64,000 nt of DNA. It comes from Squalus acanthias. Lineage: Eukaryota. The translations under genes and the position numbers were made by a program. The stretch is from assembly GCA_030390025.1 (NCBI GenBank), contig CM059432.1:102054001-102118000 (forward strand), given 5' to 3'. Below are positions 38,366 to 50,650 of the stretch, piece by piece (the first letter of the stretch is position 1; each line of letters starts with the position of its first letter). Under the pieces are notes generated by a model that had not been told where the DNA came from, did no database searches, and was given only the letters and a program-made list of their open reading frames with translations.

Positions 38366-40940
38366 GGGCCTGAATTTGTGGTCGGCAGCGTAGCTAAGGA
38401 GTACGCCACCGACATCGCAAGGAAATCTGCACCTACTTCGTGTGATCCTCCTGCAAGAACTTCCTTTCAAACGCTGCAGTGTTCCGCGCAGCGTACTCCC
38501 CCATGGACCGCAGGAGCGCACCATTGTGCATATGTGAACCTGGGATCAAGGTGGGGCGGTGCTCCTTTTACTTCCTGATTCTTAAGCCCTTAAGTGCAAA
38601 GTGACAAGAGGAGGGATTCACTCATATGGGATAAGAAAGGAAGTGAATCCACAAGATAACTTAATATTGAAGGCGGGCTCCTTTTCTTTTTCTACTTTCA
38701 TTTTTTGCACGGAAATCCTCGCTTTATAAAATAACAGTAACAAAAGACCAAACAAATATTGTAAATTCCATCCTAATTTCAAGAGTTTTAAATTTTCACA
38801 TCTGAATTGCATTTAATTCCACTCATATTTAATACAGTTTTGAAACTAATTTGAGCACGGATTTTTAAAAGCTGACCCATTATTTGCATCATTGAGCTGA
38901 GGGAAACAGCTGAGCCCTTTCAGATTACAGTTGATAACATTTTTTTGGGCATTTTACAAGTTAAAATTAAGGGAACATATCCTGCTGTGCATTTCCAATA
39001 TTTCCTGTTCTTTTTTAATGCAAGATTTCCAGCACTCTGTTCTAAAGAAAGTCTGTTGCTGTCCCCTTACGCTGTGTGACAGGCTTCCTGCACCTGTTTG
39101 CACAAAATGTAGATAAATCACCAGGAGCGGATGGGATGCTGAGGGAATTGAGGGAGGAAATCGCAGAGGTACTGGCCATAATATTCCAATCCTCCTTAGA
39201 TTTGGGAGTGGTGCCAGAGGACTGGAGAATTGCAAATGTTACAACATTGTTCAAAAAAAGGGTGTAAAGATAAACCCAGCAACTATAGGCCAGTCAGTTT
39301 GACCTCAGTAGTAGGGAAGCTTTTAGAATCAGTAATCAGGAACAAAATTAACAGTCACTTGGACAAGTGTGGATTAATTAAGGAACGCCAGCACGGATTT
39401 GTTAAAGGCAAATCGCATTTAACTAACTTGATTGAGTTCTTTGATAAGGTAACAGTGAAGGGTGACGAGGGTAAAGTAGTTGACGTAGTGTACATGGATT
39501 TCCAAAAGGCATTCAACAAAGTGCCACTTAATAGGCTTTCCAGCAAAGTTGAAGCCCATGGAATAAAAGGGACAGTAGAATAAAAGGGACAGTGGCAGCA
39601 TGGATATGGAATTGGCTAAGTGACACGAAACAGAGAGTAGTGGTGAATGGTTGTTTTTTGGACTGGAAGAAGATATATAGTGGTGTTCCCCAGGGGTCAG
39701 TTCTAGGACCACTGCTTTTCTTGATACAGTATATATTAATGACTTGGACGTGGGTGTACAGGGCACAATTTCAAAATTTGCAGATGGCACAAAACTTGGA
39801 AGTATAGTGAACAGTGAAGAGGAGAGTGATAGACTTCAGGAAGGCATAGACAGGCTGGTGAAATGGGCGGACACGTGGCAGATGAAATTTAACGCAGAAA
39901 AGTGTGAAATGATACATTTTGGTAGAAAGAATGAGGAGAGGACATATAAACTAAATGGTACAATCCTGAAGGGGGTGCACGAACAGAGAGACCTGGGGGT
40001 ATGTGTGCACAAATCGTTAAAGGCGGCAGGGTAGGTTGATAAAGCAGTTAAAAAGGCTTACGTGATCCTGGGCTTCATAAATAAAGGTATAGAGTACAAA
40101 AGTGTAGAAATTATGATGAACCTGTATAAAAGACTGGTTCAGCCCCAACTGGAGAACTGTGTCCAATTCTGGGCACCACACTTTAGGAAGGATGTGAAGG
40201 CCTTAGACAAGGTGCAGAAAAGATTTACGGGAATGATTCCAGGAATGAGAGACTTCAGTTACGTTGATAGACTGGAGAAGCTGGGTTGTTCTCCTTGGAG
40301 CAGAGAAGATTGAGAGGTGATTTGATAGAAGTGTTCAAAATCATGAGGGGTCTGGACAGAGTAGATAGAGGGAAACTGTTCCCATTGGCAGAAGGGTCGA
40401 GAACCAGAGGACACAGATTTAAGGTGATTGGCAAAAGAACCAAAGGCGACGTAAGAAAAAACTTTTTTTATGCAGTGAGTGGTTAAGATCTGGAATGCAC
40501 TGCCTGAAAGGGTGGTGGAGGCAGATTCAATCACGTATTTCAAAAGGGAGTTGGATAAGTATCTGAAGGAAAGAAATTTGCAGGGCTACGGGGAATGGGC
40601 AGGGGAGTAGGACTAGCTGAGGTGCTCTTGCAGAGAGCTGGCACGGGCTCGACGGGCCGAATGGCCTTCTTCCGTGCTGTAACCATTCTATGATTCTATG
40701 TTTCTATGAAGACTTAAAAATTTTCAGTGTAATTAGTTCGGAGTAGCTGGGCAATTAGTCCAACTTTCGTCAGCACGTTAATTCCTATCAGGAGGTGAAA
40801 GACACAGCAAAGCCTCTGTATAGTCGTAACTTGACAAATCGCAAGTGCATGCAGAAATCCCGAACTTGCGCTCAGTTTCAAAGTCGGTATGACGGCGTAC
40901 TCTGAGAGTATGCCCTCATCCTGACCGGAAATTCAGGGCC
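38366..40940. mobile_element. Harbinger-type MITE split by a CR1 insertion
   Basis: TIRs GGGCCTGAATTT / AAATTCAGGGCC around the CR1 at 39106-40708. Confidence 0.6.
39106..40708 (+). mobile_element. 5'-truncated CR1, frameshifted RT
   Basis: DKSPGADG, NYRPVSLTSVVGK, GVPQGSVLGP and KFADG, with a (ATTCTATG)n tail. Confidence 0.92.
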
Positions 40941-41009
40941 GATATCTTATCCATAATTTTTCATTCTGGCCTAGGTGTTTTTAGATAAATATATATATTT
41001 ATATATATC

Positions 41010-41535
41010 TCCTCAGATAATGAAGCAGTCCATGCCCGCATGCAACAAAACCTGGATGACATTCAGGCTTGGGCTGATAAGTGGCAAGTAACATTCGCAT
41101 CACAGAAGTACCAGGCAATGACTATCTCCAACAAGCGAGAGTCTAACCACCGCCCCTTGACATTCAACGGCATTACCATCACCGAATCCCCCACCATCAA
41201 CTTCCTGGGGGTCACCATTGACTAGAAACTTAACTGGACCAGCCACATAAATACTATGGCTACAAGAGCAGGTCAGAGGCTAGGTATTCTGCAGCAAGTG
41301 TCTCACCTCCTGACTCCCCAAAGCCTTTCCACCATCTACAAGGCACAAGTCAGGAGTGTGATGGAATACTCTCCACTTGCCTGGATGAGTGCAGCTCCAA
41401 CAACACTCAAGAAGCTCGACACCATCCAGGATAAAGCAGCCCGCTTGATTGGCTCCCCATCTACCACCCTTAAACATTCACTCCCTCCACCACTGGCGTA
41501 CCGTGACTGCAGTGTGTACCATCTACAAGATGCAT
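41010..41535 (+). mobile_element. Fragment of the second CR1-group LINE family
   Basis: Homologous to 25630-26145 (DDIQAWADKWQVTF, TLKKLDTIQDKAARLIG). Confidence 0.85.
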
Positions 41536-43159
41536 CAATGCAAAAGCATTGTATAATGGCACAGTAAGTTCGAAAAGCATGTGTTGGAATAAGCAATTTC
41601 CAAAGAAAATAGACTCTTGTTTGAAAACCCTCTATTTATTGCTATTTTTGTCTGCACAAATAGCTCCTATTGTTCTCTTTTTTGCAACTGCTCAAGGATT
41701 TCCATTGGATCCTGATTGAACTGTAGCCTATTTGGCAATAAGAATACAACTGTTATCATTAATTTGGTGATGTTCATAAATAGAAGTATATTCATTTAAC
41801 ACAAAAACATGTCAATAAGTTAAACATTAGTTGTCCTCCTCTTTGTCCCAGTTGACATTTCCTTCAAATTAACATGTCATGGTTTAGTTCTATGCAGTTA
41901 CTCTTTTAAATTAACAAGCAATGCAGCAAGTGGATTTCAGTCGATATTAATTACATTTCACCCTCTGTGTTACATATATGATTACTAAGACACAAGATTT
42001 ATGAACTAATTTATATTACTCAAATTATATATTTTCAAGTCAGATAATGACGGTGCTTAGTCTGTTCCTTTATTTTTTAAATAATGATTCTGGGTCAAAG
42101 CATGACAATATTTAATTGAACTACTGCATTATTTGTAAAATAACTAATTAGATGTCAGTCTATTACAAAATAATTTATATTCTTTGAAAAACAAACTATA
42201 ACCAAAGACATTAATTACAAAGTTAGAAGATCTATAAAATATGCTGCACATCAACCTCAGATTCCATTTTACTACAAGTAGTTAAAGGAGTGTAAGATCT
42301 TAATGATTTCTGAGTTCTTGGACAAGACACCAATAGGCAGCAGCTAGTATGTTTGAGCAATAGATCAAGATTTAGTCTAAGATTTAACCTTGGAGTCGCG
42401 GTTGCTATGGTGAAATCTTCTGAAGCAGTTTGGTTTGATTTATTTAAATGTGAAAAACTAATTTTTCTCTAGTTATATTCAATGTTTTTACAGTCATTTG
42501 GAAAGGCATCTGAAGAAAGGACAGTAAGAAATATGACATAATTTACTGTTTTCTGCAAGCATGTGCTATTTTGTTTTGCTTTATCTGTTCTGTTCGTGTT
42601 TAGTTAAAGTGTGAAAACACAACTGTCTTTTTCGATCAGGAAAGATTTTTAAAATTTACGTCTGACAATGTTTCGCTCCACCTTCTTAAAAACCTGCAAA
42701 GGAGTTAACCCTTTCCACTGACAGCTGTTTAAGTTCACCAAGCAACAACTTTAGTATGAAATTTTAAGATACCGGACATTATTAAATTTAAGTTTCTTAA
42801 TTTTAAGTTAATATTTCCCCACAGTGACAGAAGGAAAATTATGATTTGATAAATTAACCCCTTGGGCTCTAAGCAGAGTTATATGGAAGTTACCTTGTAA
42901 ACTAATTGCAGCACTTCTGTTTCTAAAGTTAAAACACTGTGTAAACCACCTAGCCTGGGAATCACTTGTTGCTGAAATTAGAAATGGAAGATAAATTGAT
43001 AGAAATGAAATTGAACATTGACAAAACCTGTCAGATCAACAATACTGCTGTTTAGATTTTGGGATAATTTTGTAATCACAAAATGGACTCAGGCACGATA
43101 TATTGGGTTACTTTTGGGAAAATAAAAGATCCTCTAAAATAATGATAAATAAAAAGGGA

Positions 43160-46121
43160 GTATGGCAAGGCTGGATGGCATTTATTTTAATGCAAGGAGT
43201 CTTGCGAGTAAGGCAGATGAATTGAAGGTGTTGATGAACAAATGGGAGTATGATATTGTTGCTATCACAGAGACATGGTTGAGGGAGGGGCAGGACTGGC
43301 AGCTCAATATTCGGGGTATAGAATCTTCAGGCGAGACAGAGGTGGGTGTAAAAGAGGAGGGGGTGTCGCAATATTAATCAAGGAGTCAATTACTGCTGTA
43401 AGGAGGGATGATATCTTAGCAGGTTCCTCTAATGAGGCCATATGGGTAGAACTTAAAAACAAAAAGGGGGCAAGCACTTTCCTGGGAGTGTACTATAGGT
43501 GCCCAAACAGTCAGGGGGAGATAGAGGAACAGATATGTAGGCAAATCTCAGAGAAGTGCAGAAATAATAGGGTAATAATAGTAGGGGATTTCAACTTCCC
43601 CAATATTAACTGGGATAGTCAGAGTGTGAAAGGCTTAGAGGGTGCAGAATTCTTAACGTGCATCCAGGAGAGCTTTTTGAGCCAGCATGTAGAAAGTCTG
43701 ACAAGAGAGGGGGCGGTACTGGACCTAATTCTAGGGAATGTAGCCGGGCAAGTGGTAGAAGTGCTAGTAGGAGAGCATTTTGGTGACAGTGACCATAATT
43801 CGGTGAGATTTAAGGTAGTCATGGAAAAGGACAAAGATGGACCGGAAATAAAGGTTCTAAATTGGGGGCAGGCCGATTTTAATATGATAAGGCAGGATCT
43901 GGCCAAAGTGGACTGGGATCAGCTACTTGTAGGAAAATCCACATCAGAGCAGTGGGAGTCTTTCAGAAAGGAAATAGAAAGAGTACAACGGCAACATGTT
44001 CCCGTAAAGGTCAAGGGTGGGACAAACAAGCCCAGGGAACCCTGGATGTCAAGGGATATACGAGAATGGATTAGGAAAAAAGGGAGGCTTTTGGCAGGTA
44101 CAAAGGACTAAAAACAGTGGAAGCCCTAGAGGAGTATAGAAAGTGCAGGGGGATACTTAAAAAAGAAATTAGGAGAGCGAAGCGGGGGCATGAAATAACA
44201 CTGGCGGGCAAAATAAAGGAAAATCCCAAGGTGTTTTATAAGTATATTAAGGGCAAGAGGATAACCAGGGAAAGAGTAGGGCCCATTAGGGACCAAAGTG
44301 GCAATCTGTGTGTAGAGCCAGAAGATGTAGGTGGGGTTTTAAATGAATATTTTGCATCTGTGTTCACTATGGAGAAGGACGATGTAGGCATAGAAATCAG
44401 GCAGGGGGATTGTGATATACTTGAACAAATTAGTATTGAGAGGGAGGAGGTACTAGCGGTTTTAGCTGGCTTAAAAGTGGATAAATCCCCAGGCCCAGAC
44501 GAGATGTATCCCAGGCTGCTGTGTGAGGCAAGGGAGGAGATTGCAGGGGCTCTGACACAAATTTTCAGAACCTCTCTGGCCACAGGGGAGTTGCCAGAGG
44601 ACTGGAGAACAGCTAACGTAGTACCATTATTCAAGAAGGGTAGAAGGGATAAACCAGGGAATTGCAGGCCAGTGAGCCTAACATCAGTGGTAGGGAAATT
44701 ATTGGAAAAAATTCTGAGGGACAGAATTAGTCTCCACTTGGAGAGACAAGGATTAATCAAGGATAGTCAGCATGGCTTTGTCAGGGGGAGATCATGTCTG
44801 ACCAATTTGATTGAATTTTTCAAGGGGGTGACTAGGTGTGTGGATGAGGGTAGTGCAGTTGATGTGGTCTACATGGACTTCAGTAAGGCTTTTGACAAAG
44901 TCCCGCATGGGAGACTGGTCAAGAAGGTAAGAGCCCATGGGATCCAGGGCAACTTGGCACATTGGATCCAAAATTGGCTTTGTGGCAGGAGGCAGAGGGT
45001 GATGGTCGAAGGTTATTTTTGTGACTGGAAGCCTGTGTCCAGTGGTGTACCGCAGGGATCGGTGCTGGGTCCTTTGCTGTTTGTAGTGTACATTAATGAT
45101 TTAGATATGAATGTAGGAGGTATGATCAGTAAGTTCGCAGATGACACGAAAATTGGTGGGGTGGTAAATGGCGAGGAGGGAAGCCTCAGGCTACAGGATG
45201 ATATACGATAGCAAAATACTGCGGATGCTGGATACAGGATGATATAGACGGGTTGGTCAGATGGGCAGAACAGTGGCAAATGGAATTTAACCCTGAAAAG
45301 TGTGAGGTGATGCATTTTGGGAGGACTAACAAGGCAAGGGAATACACAATGAATGGTAGGACCCTAGGAAGGACAGAGGATCAGAGGGACCTTGGTGTGC
45401 ATGTACATAGATCTCTGAAGGCAGCAGGACAGGTAGATAAGGTGGTTAAAAAGGCATATGGGATACTTGCCTTCATTAACCGAGGCATAGAATATAAGAG
45501 CAGGGAGGTTATGATGGAGCTGTACAAAACGCTAGTTAGGCCACAGCTGGAATACTGTGTGCAGTTCTGGTCGCCACACTATAGGAAGGATGTGATTGCA
45601 TTGGAGAGGGTGCAGAGGAGATTCACCAGGATGTTACCTGGGCTGAAGCGCTTCAGCTATGAAGAGAGACTGGACAGTCTGGGGTTGTTTTCCTTAGAGC
45701 AGAGAAGGCTGAGTGGGGACCTGATTGAGGTGTACAAAATTATGAGGGGCATAGATAGGGTAGATAGAAAGGAACTTTTCCCCTTAGTAGAGGGGTCAAT
45801 AACCAGGGGGCATAGTTTCAAGATAAGGGGCAGGAGGTTTAGAGGGGATTTGAGGAAAAACTCTTTCACCCAGAGGGTGGTTGGAATCTGGAACTCACTG
45901 CCTGAAAGGGTGGTAGAGGCAGGAACCCTCACAACATTCAAGAAGCATTTAGATGAGCACTTGAAACGCCATAGCCTACAAGGCTACGGACCAAGTGCTG
46001 TAAAATGGGATTAGAATAGATAGGGCTTGATGGCCGGTGCGGACACGATGATGGCCGGTGCAGACACGATGGGCCGAAGGGCCTCTTTCTGTGCTGTATA
46101 ACTCTACGACTCTATGACTCT
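43160..46121 (+). mobile_element. CR1 with near-complete ORF2 (APE endonuclease plus RT) broken by frameshifts
   Basis: YFNARS, AITETW, GDFN, SDH, KFADDTK and LEYCVQFW, with a (GACTCTAT)n tail. Confidence 0.95.
45206..45232 (-). mobile_element. 27-bp Penelope-derived micro-insertion
   Basis: Flanked by a perfect 14-bp duplication TACAGGATGATATA. The insert is a reverse-complement match to 29108-29130. Confidence 0.8.
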
Positions 46122-47084
46122 AAGTGTTAATAACTTGGACAAAGTGAGAATGTTTGATCTATGTTTTCAATCTTAAATATTGTACTGGACAGTAAAGTTC
46201 CTCCAGGGCTCATGAATGAGATATGAATGGTAATTAATGGGATGTGTAAAATGGAGAGAGGAAGTGATTGAGGGTGTGAGATAGAAACAGGAGAATTACA
46301 CCACCAATTGGGAATTTTCCAAAGTCAGAAAAGTGTAGTTAAGAATAATAAATTGATAGCTTTCTCTTGAAGACATTTGTGTCACTGCCTATTAAGAACT
46401 TTTTAAGAAAACTGAATTTGTTAGTCCGGCCACTACCCAAGACATCGGGACCATGCAGAGGAAGATGAGCAAAGATCTCCAGATGACTACAATCTTTTGA
46501 TAAGATCACCTGAAAGCCCGAGAAAGGCTTGTATCAGATGGCACGTGTGGCATGATATGGAGATACCAGTATGAGTGTGCAAATGTGATTCGTTATGTAT
46601 GAAGCAATTACCATCCGCAAATGCGTGGTGAATCTGCACTGAAGAACGGGTCTCAGACATGCTCAGTTACTTGACAACAGCAAGATATGAAATGGTTAAT
46701 GTGGCTCAGGAGAGTGAGGTAACTTTTAAAGCATTGACACATACTCCATCGAGAAACTATCTAATTGATGAAACAATCAGAGTCGAGTTAAACACACTGG
46801 TACCTGTTAGAGGGATTGAAATTGAAGTTGAAGTGGAGAGTTACATGGAATTTGGATTGGGACAATTGAGGGCCAAGGAGAAATCATGTTTAGTAAGAAT
46901 TATCCATAAGATGGATACGAGTAAAAGAGAGATCTGGAGAATCTTTTAAGTCCATGATTTGTTGATTAGATGTTAAACTGTAATGCCGCTTGAAATGATT
47001 GCGAGACTGAATTTAACTGTGACTGTAATAATTGTGTTTTGTAGGTAACAGAGCGTGGGAAAAACCAATACGAATCCAATATGA

Positions 47085-47510
47085 GGTGATTTTTGTGGTG
47101 CCTCCTGTGTCACTACTATCGCAACTACCATGCTTTACGGGTCTAACAGGACCTGTCCCATCAACCAACAAGTTTTACTCAATATCAAAACCGATGCTCA
47201 AGTGAAACTGACAGTAAATGAGATACTTAAGTATGAGCTGCGCAATTATGTGGCACAATTCGGATATTACATTCCCCTGTTATCTAAGGGTTTCAGTGAG
47301 CTCATGATGCGACTGAACTCCCCCCTAAAGCATTTTTATCTTTTGGAGCAAGACAACTCGAGAATGGATATTGAAATTGACAGCATAAGGGACAACTTAC
47401 ACTGGTGGGATATTGGGCTTTATATATCAGCACACCCTTAGGTTCGTATTATTTCACACGCTCTGGTAGTTCTCCAACTTGTAATGATAGTGTATTTGAT
47501 ATATCTATAA
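47085..47510 (+). pseudogene. Env-like transmembrane-region paralogue 1 (one in-frame stop)
   Basis: CVTT...CP, LTV.E, VAQFGYYIP, KHFYLLEQ, WWD, *VRIISHALVVLQLVMIVYLI. It aligns by eye with the 47842 ORF. Confidence 0.75.
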
Positions 47511-47841
47511 CCTGTGTAGTAAAACTTTGATACATAAGCCAATTGTGTACTCATGCGCATGGCTAACCAGCACTAACAAATTAATTGAGCACACTGATAG
47601 AGAAGATCCGAAGCAATGTAGAGGAGACCCCAGGCGGGGTAACATCAGGAAAGATAGAAGAAACAGAGGATACCCCAGGCGGGGCAGAATTGGAACACCG
47701 GAACAGTGAATTGAATTTAAGTAAGGGGTCAGATCAGGGCCGTTACTGCCAGATCGTATGATGCAGCAATAGGAGCAACGGGCGGAGGAGAAAGGATAGA
47801 CTGGGACGCACTAGAAGGCAAAACATATCAGCACGGCCGAC

Positions 47842-48561
47842 ATGATGGTTGAGGATAGGCGGTCGGCCCCTGTGAGTGTCATAGTTAGCACCCAGCACTT
47901 GAATGCCTTTTTAACACCACAATGCGGGTTCAGAACGGCTGGCGCCAAGCCCATGAATTGCACCATGGAGGCAATGACACAAGATCATGTGCCTCCGCAG
48001 GTGGCATACATAGGGGGTGGAACATATTGCGTTACCACTGCAGCGCAACACTACCAGCATGGAAACCGCAGCCGGTGTCCGGTGAGTGACAGCAGTTTCT
48101 GTTTTAAACCCAGGGCTGAAGTTCAAGTGGCACAGCAGCGAATTGTCCCGATCCCTGAACCATCCACTGTTCATCTTACAGTAAAAGAGAATTTCACCGA
48201 CTTGCAGCGATTCGTCGCGCATTTCGGATACCTCATTCCCCCTCTCCCTGAACACCTCACCAAGCTTTTGAAAGCCATCGCGGTATCGCAAAAACATTTT
48301 TACACCCTAGAACAAAAGACTGTCGAGATAGGGACAGAAATTCTGGACATAGTAATCCCACCGTGGTGGGACCTGTTCACCAATATTGAAGTGCCTTCAT
48401 GGATCAGGATAGCCTCCCACATTTTAGTTGTGTGCCAAGTAATAATTGTAGTGTACCTATTGGTCGTGCACTGCAAGAGAGGCAAGCGCCTCACAAAGCA
48501 GGAGAACACAGGAGAGTGGAGAGAACGTTACGTGCGCGTGCACGAGGAAAGTGCCGCGTAA
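47842..48561 (+). CDS. env: Env-like glycoprotein C-terminal part (foamy/spuma-like), 239-aa open frame
   Basis: Cys-rich ectodomain with three sequons (NCT, NRS, NFT), a helical region, WW, TM ILVVCQVIIVVYLLVV and a KRGKR stop-transfer. It lies just upstream of the PPT/LTR. No signal peptide. Confidence 0.65.
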   Translation: MMVEDRRSAPVSVIVSTQHLNAFLTPQCGFRTAGAKPMNCTMEAMTQDHVPPQVAYIGGGTYCVTTAAQHYQHGNRSRCPVSDSSFCFKPRAEVQVAQQRIVPIPEPSTVHLTVKENFTDLQRFVAHFGYLIPPLPEHLTKLLKAIAVSQKHFYTLEQKTVEIGTEILDIVIPPWWDLFTNIEVPSWIRIASHILVVCQVIIVVYLLVVHCKRGKRLTKQENTGEWRERYVRVHEESAA

Positions 48562-48983
48562 ACGGCCAGGATGACGCCGCTCCATTTTACCATGTGTGTT
48601 CTTGTAATTGATTGTTAGTTATGAAGATATGTAACTGAGTTTGGAACCTTTGTATTTTAAAAGAGTTGTTTTGATTATTTTTAACTTTTGTATTTTTAAA
48701 ATGGTTGTTTGATTAGTTTTTTTCCTTGTATAATAAAATGCATATACAGGTGGTGCGAGAGGCATCGGCCTGTTGCACCTGAAGACGTATACGCGATGTA
48801 AGTTTAAAAGGCAATACTGCCTACGGTTTTGTCCAAGTTAGATCATGTAATTTTCCCTGGGAAATGAGGACGGCATGGAGACCCTAGATAGTTTAAGTTA
48901 AGGGAGTGTTTGGATGTGGAGAATCGGGATAATTTTGCTCACCACCACTTTTAATTGATACGATAAGCGGAGTTATTCGCATC

Positions 48984-48994
48984 AACAGGAGGGA
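48984..48994 (+). other. Polypurine tract
   Basis: AACAGGAGGGA lies 1 nt before the TGTAA start of the LTR. Confidence 0.75.
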
Positions 48995-48995
48995 C

Positions 48996-50650
48996 TGTAA
49001 AATTCGCAATTATCGCGATTCGAAATAACGAGATAAAGCAGATTCGTTTCATCAGTTTTATTTCAACGAAATGCTGTCATGATTAAACAGGACACAGAAG
49101 CCTGTAAAATGGCCGCCGCGCCTCGTGGCAGAAGCTTCCAGAATTTTCAGTGGGAAGACAAGATGGCGTTCGAATAAACATTTCAGTATAAGATTGGTTA
49201 ATACGCAGCAAACACTGATAAAGACAGGATGCAACCTGTCTGCATTTGACACAATAGCAAGAGATAAGTGCTGGAATCGTTTTCCATGCACAAGTAAGGA
49301 CCATTGTACTGGGCAATCGAAGGCCCATCCAGATATATCAATACGCAAATTCCCCCACGGCTCTACAATGAGAGAGCCATTCTCAGGTGCTTACACAAGT
49401 ATTCGGAGGCCCCCAGAACCCCGCCAGGGAGGCTCCTAGCCGGTTCGACAATGGAGAAAAACATTAACGAATAGTTGGCCAGTTTAAGGTGCTACCGAAA
49501 CCCATTAAAGGAAAGAATCACCCCATACTGGGAATTTTGAGCGCCAAGATTTTACAAAGGATGAACATTAAGATTTGGGCGGGAGATAAGGGAACACAGC
49601 ACTATAACTATAGTAAACAAACTTCCATCGCTCTCTTATTCCTCTGATCCTCCCGGGGCTGATTCGTTTGAACTGACTCTGGACGCGGGCTGAACTTTTA
49701 TTCTCCTATGTTGGGTGGAGCTCAATTTGGAACGAGTCGCCTCGACGAAGGCTAGTGACCGGGTGCACCATCCCGAGGGTCGGTAAATGGTGTTCTGGAC
49801 CCGAAGGCCCGACGAGACGAGATGAGAAGAGAAGAAGAAGAATCCACGTGCCGCCGCGGTCAGTAAACCCTGACCGCGCCCGTAAATATAAAGACCATTT
49901 TGAACTCTATCAGGTTGCTGCCGAACCAGTGGAAGACTCTCTTTCGAATTCTATCGACAACCGGTGTCAATACAGGAAGACTCTTCTTTGAATTTTACCG
50001 GCTAACTGGTGTCGGTCCAGAAAGACTTTTCTTTGAATTCTACAGCCGGGCCCGAGCACTGTCGAGTTCTTCATGACAACGGGGAGCCCAGCCTGCTAGC
50101 CGGAGCAGAGAAGATAAACAAGTGGGGTACAGAGACCCCTTCCAACACGTGACAGTCAGGTGTTGCAGCAAAACAAGCCGAGTGCCTCGTTTAAAATTCT
50201 CCGAAGTATCACGAGTGGTGAGCATGTTTCCTCGATCCTACAAATCTAGATTAGTGTCAGTATTGATAGGGGAGGGTGGTTTTATTAAGGATAAATATAA
50301 TGTGTTCCCCTTTTTACGATGTGCCGTGCGATCCTCATTACCCTAGACCAAGTTTTATGAATGTATGTATACTTGTACTGTCATTAATTTGTGCCTATGA
50401 CATGTACTTCATGATTTTGGACGTTATGCAATAAAGATTTCCATTTCGTACTATTCAACTGAGTCTATTTGAGTTTTTCTCTGCATTACTGCTCTCGCAC
50501 CTAAGTCCAGTGTTAGAACCGTAAGGGCGAGTGGGTCGAACCACTCACAGGTGCTTATTGCAACAAGGCTGGCCGGAGACCAGAGCAAGCAATAGTATTA
50601 GGCAACGAAGGCCTAACCCTGCACAAGCACCTACGACCGAACCCCTTACA
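48996..50650 (+). repeat. Long terminal repeat A (~1655 bp)
   Basis: TGTAA...TTACA termini, preceded by the PPT. AATAAA at 50430, TATA-like motifs near 49604 and 49887, and CpG-rich. Confidence 0.75.

Larger units (their letters stand above)
42390..50650 (+). mobile_element. Defective LTR retroelement/ERV with env-like remnants and 3' LTR (5' boundary uncertain, interrupted by CR1)
   Basis: PPT and LTR at 48984-50650 and two env-like segments. 42440-42610 matches the internal region of the second LTR element (58855-59030). No gag, pol or 5' LTR recognised. Confidence 0.6.

Noticed and set aside
44236..45941. Antisense ORFs over the CR1 copies (also within 60436-62829)
   Set aside because: They are shadow frames of LINE ORF2.
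49891..50055. CRISPR array
   Set aside because: The repeats are degenerate, the spacers are short and partly related, there are no cas genes, and the array lies inside a eukaryotic LTR.
42052..50557. GGTGCTTA at 42052 and 50550 as the TSD of the LTR element
   Set aside because: No TG start follows 42052, and the 50550 copy is better explained as part of the LTR's terminal fold-back.
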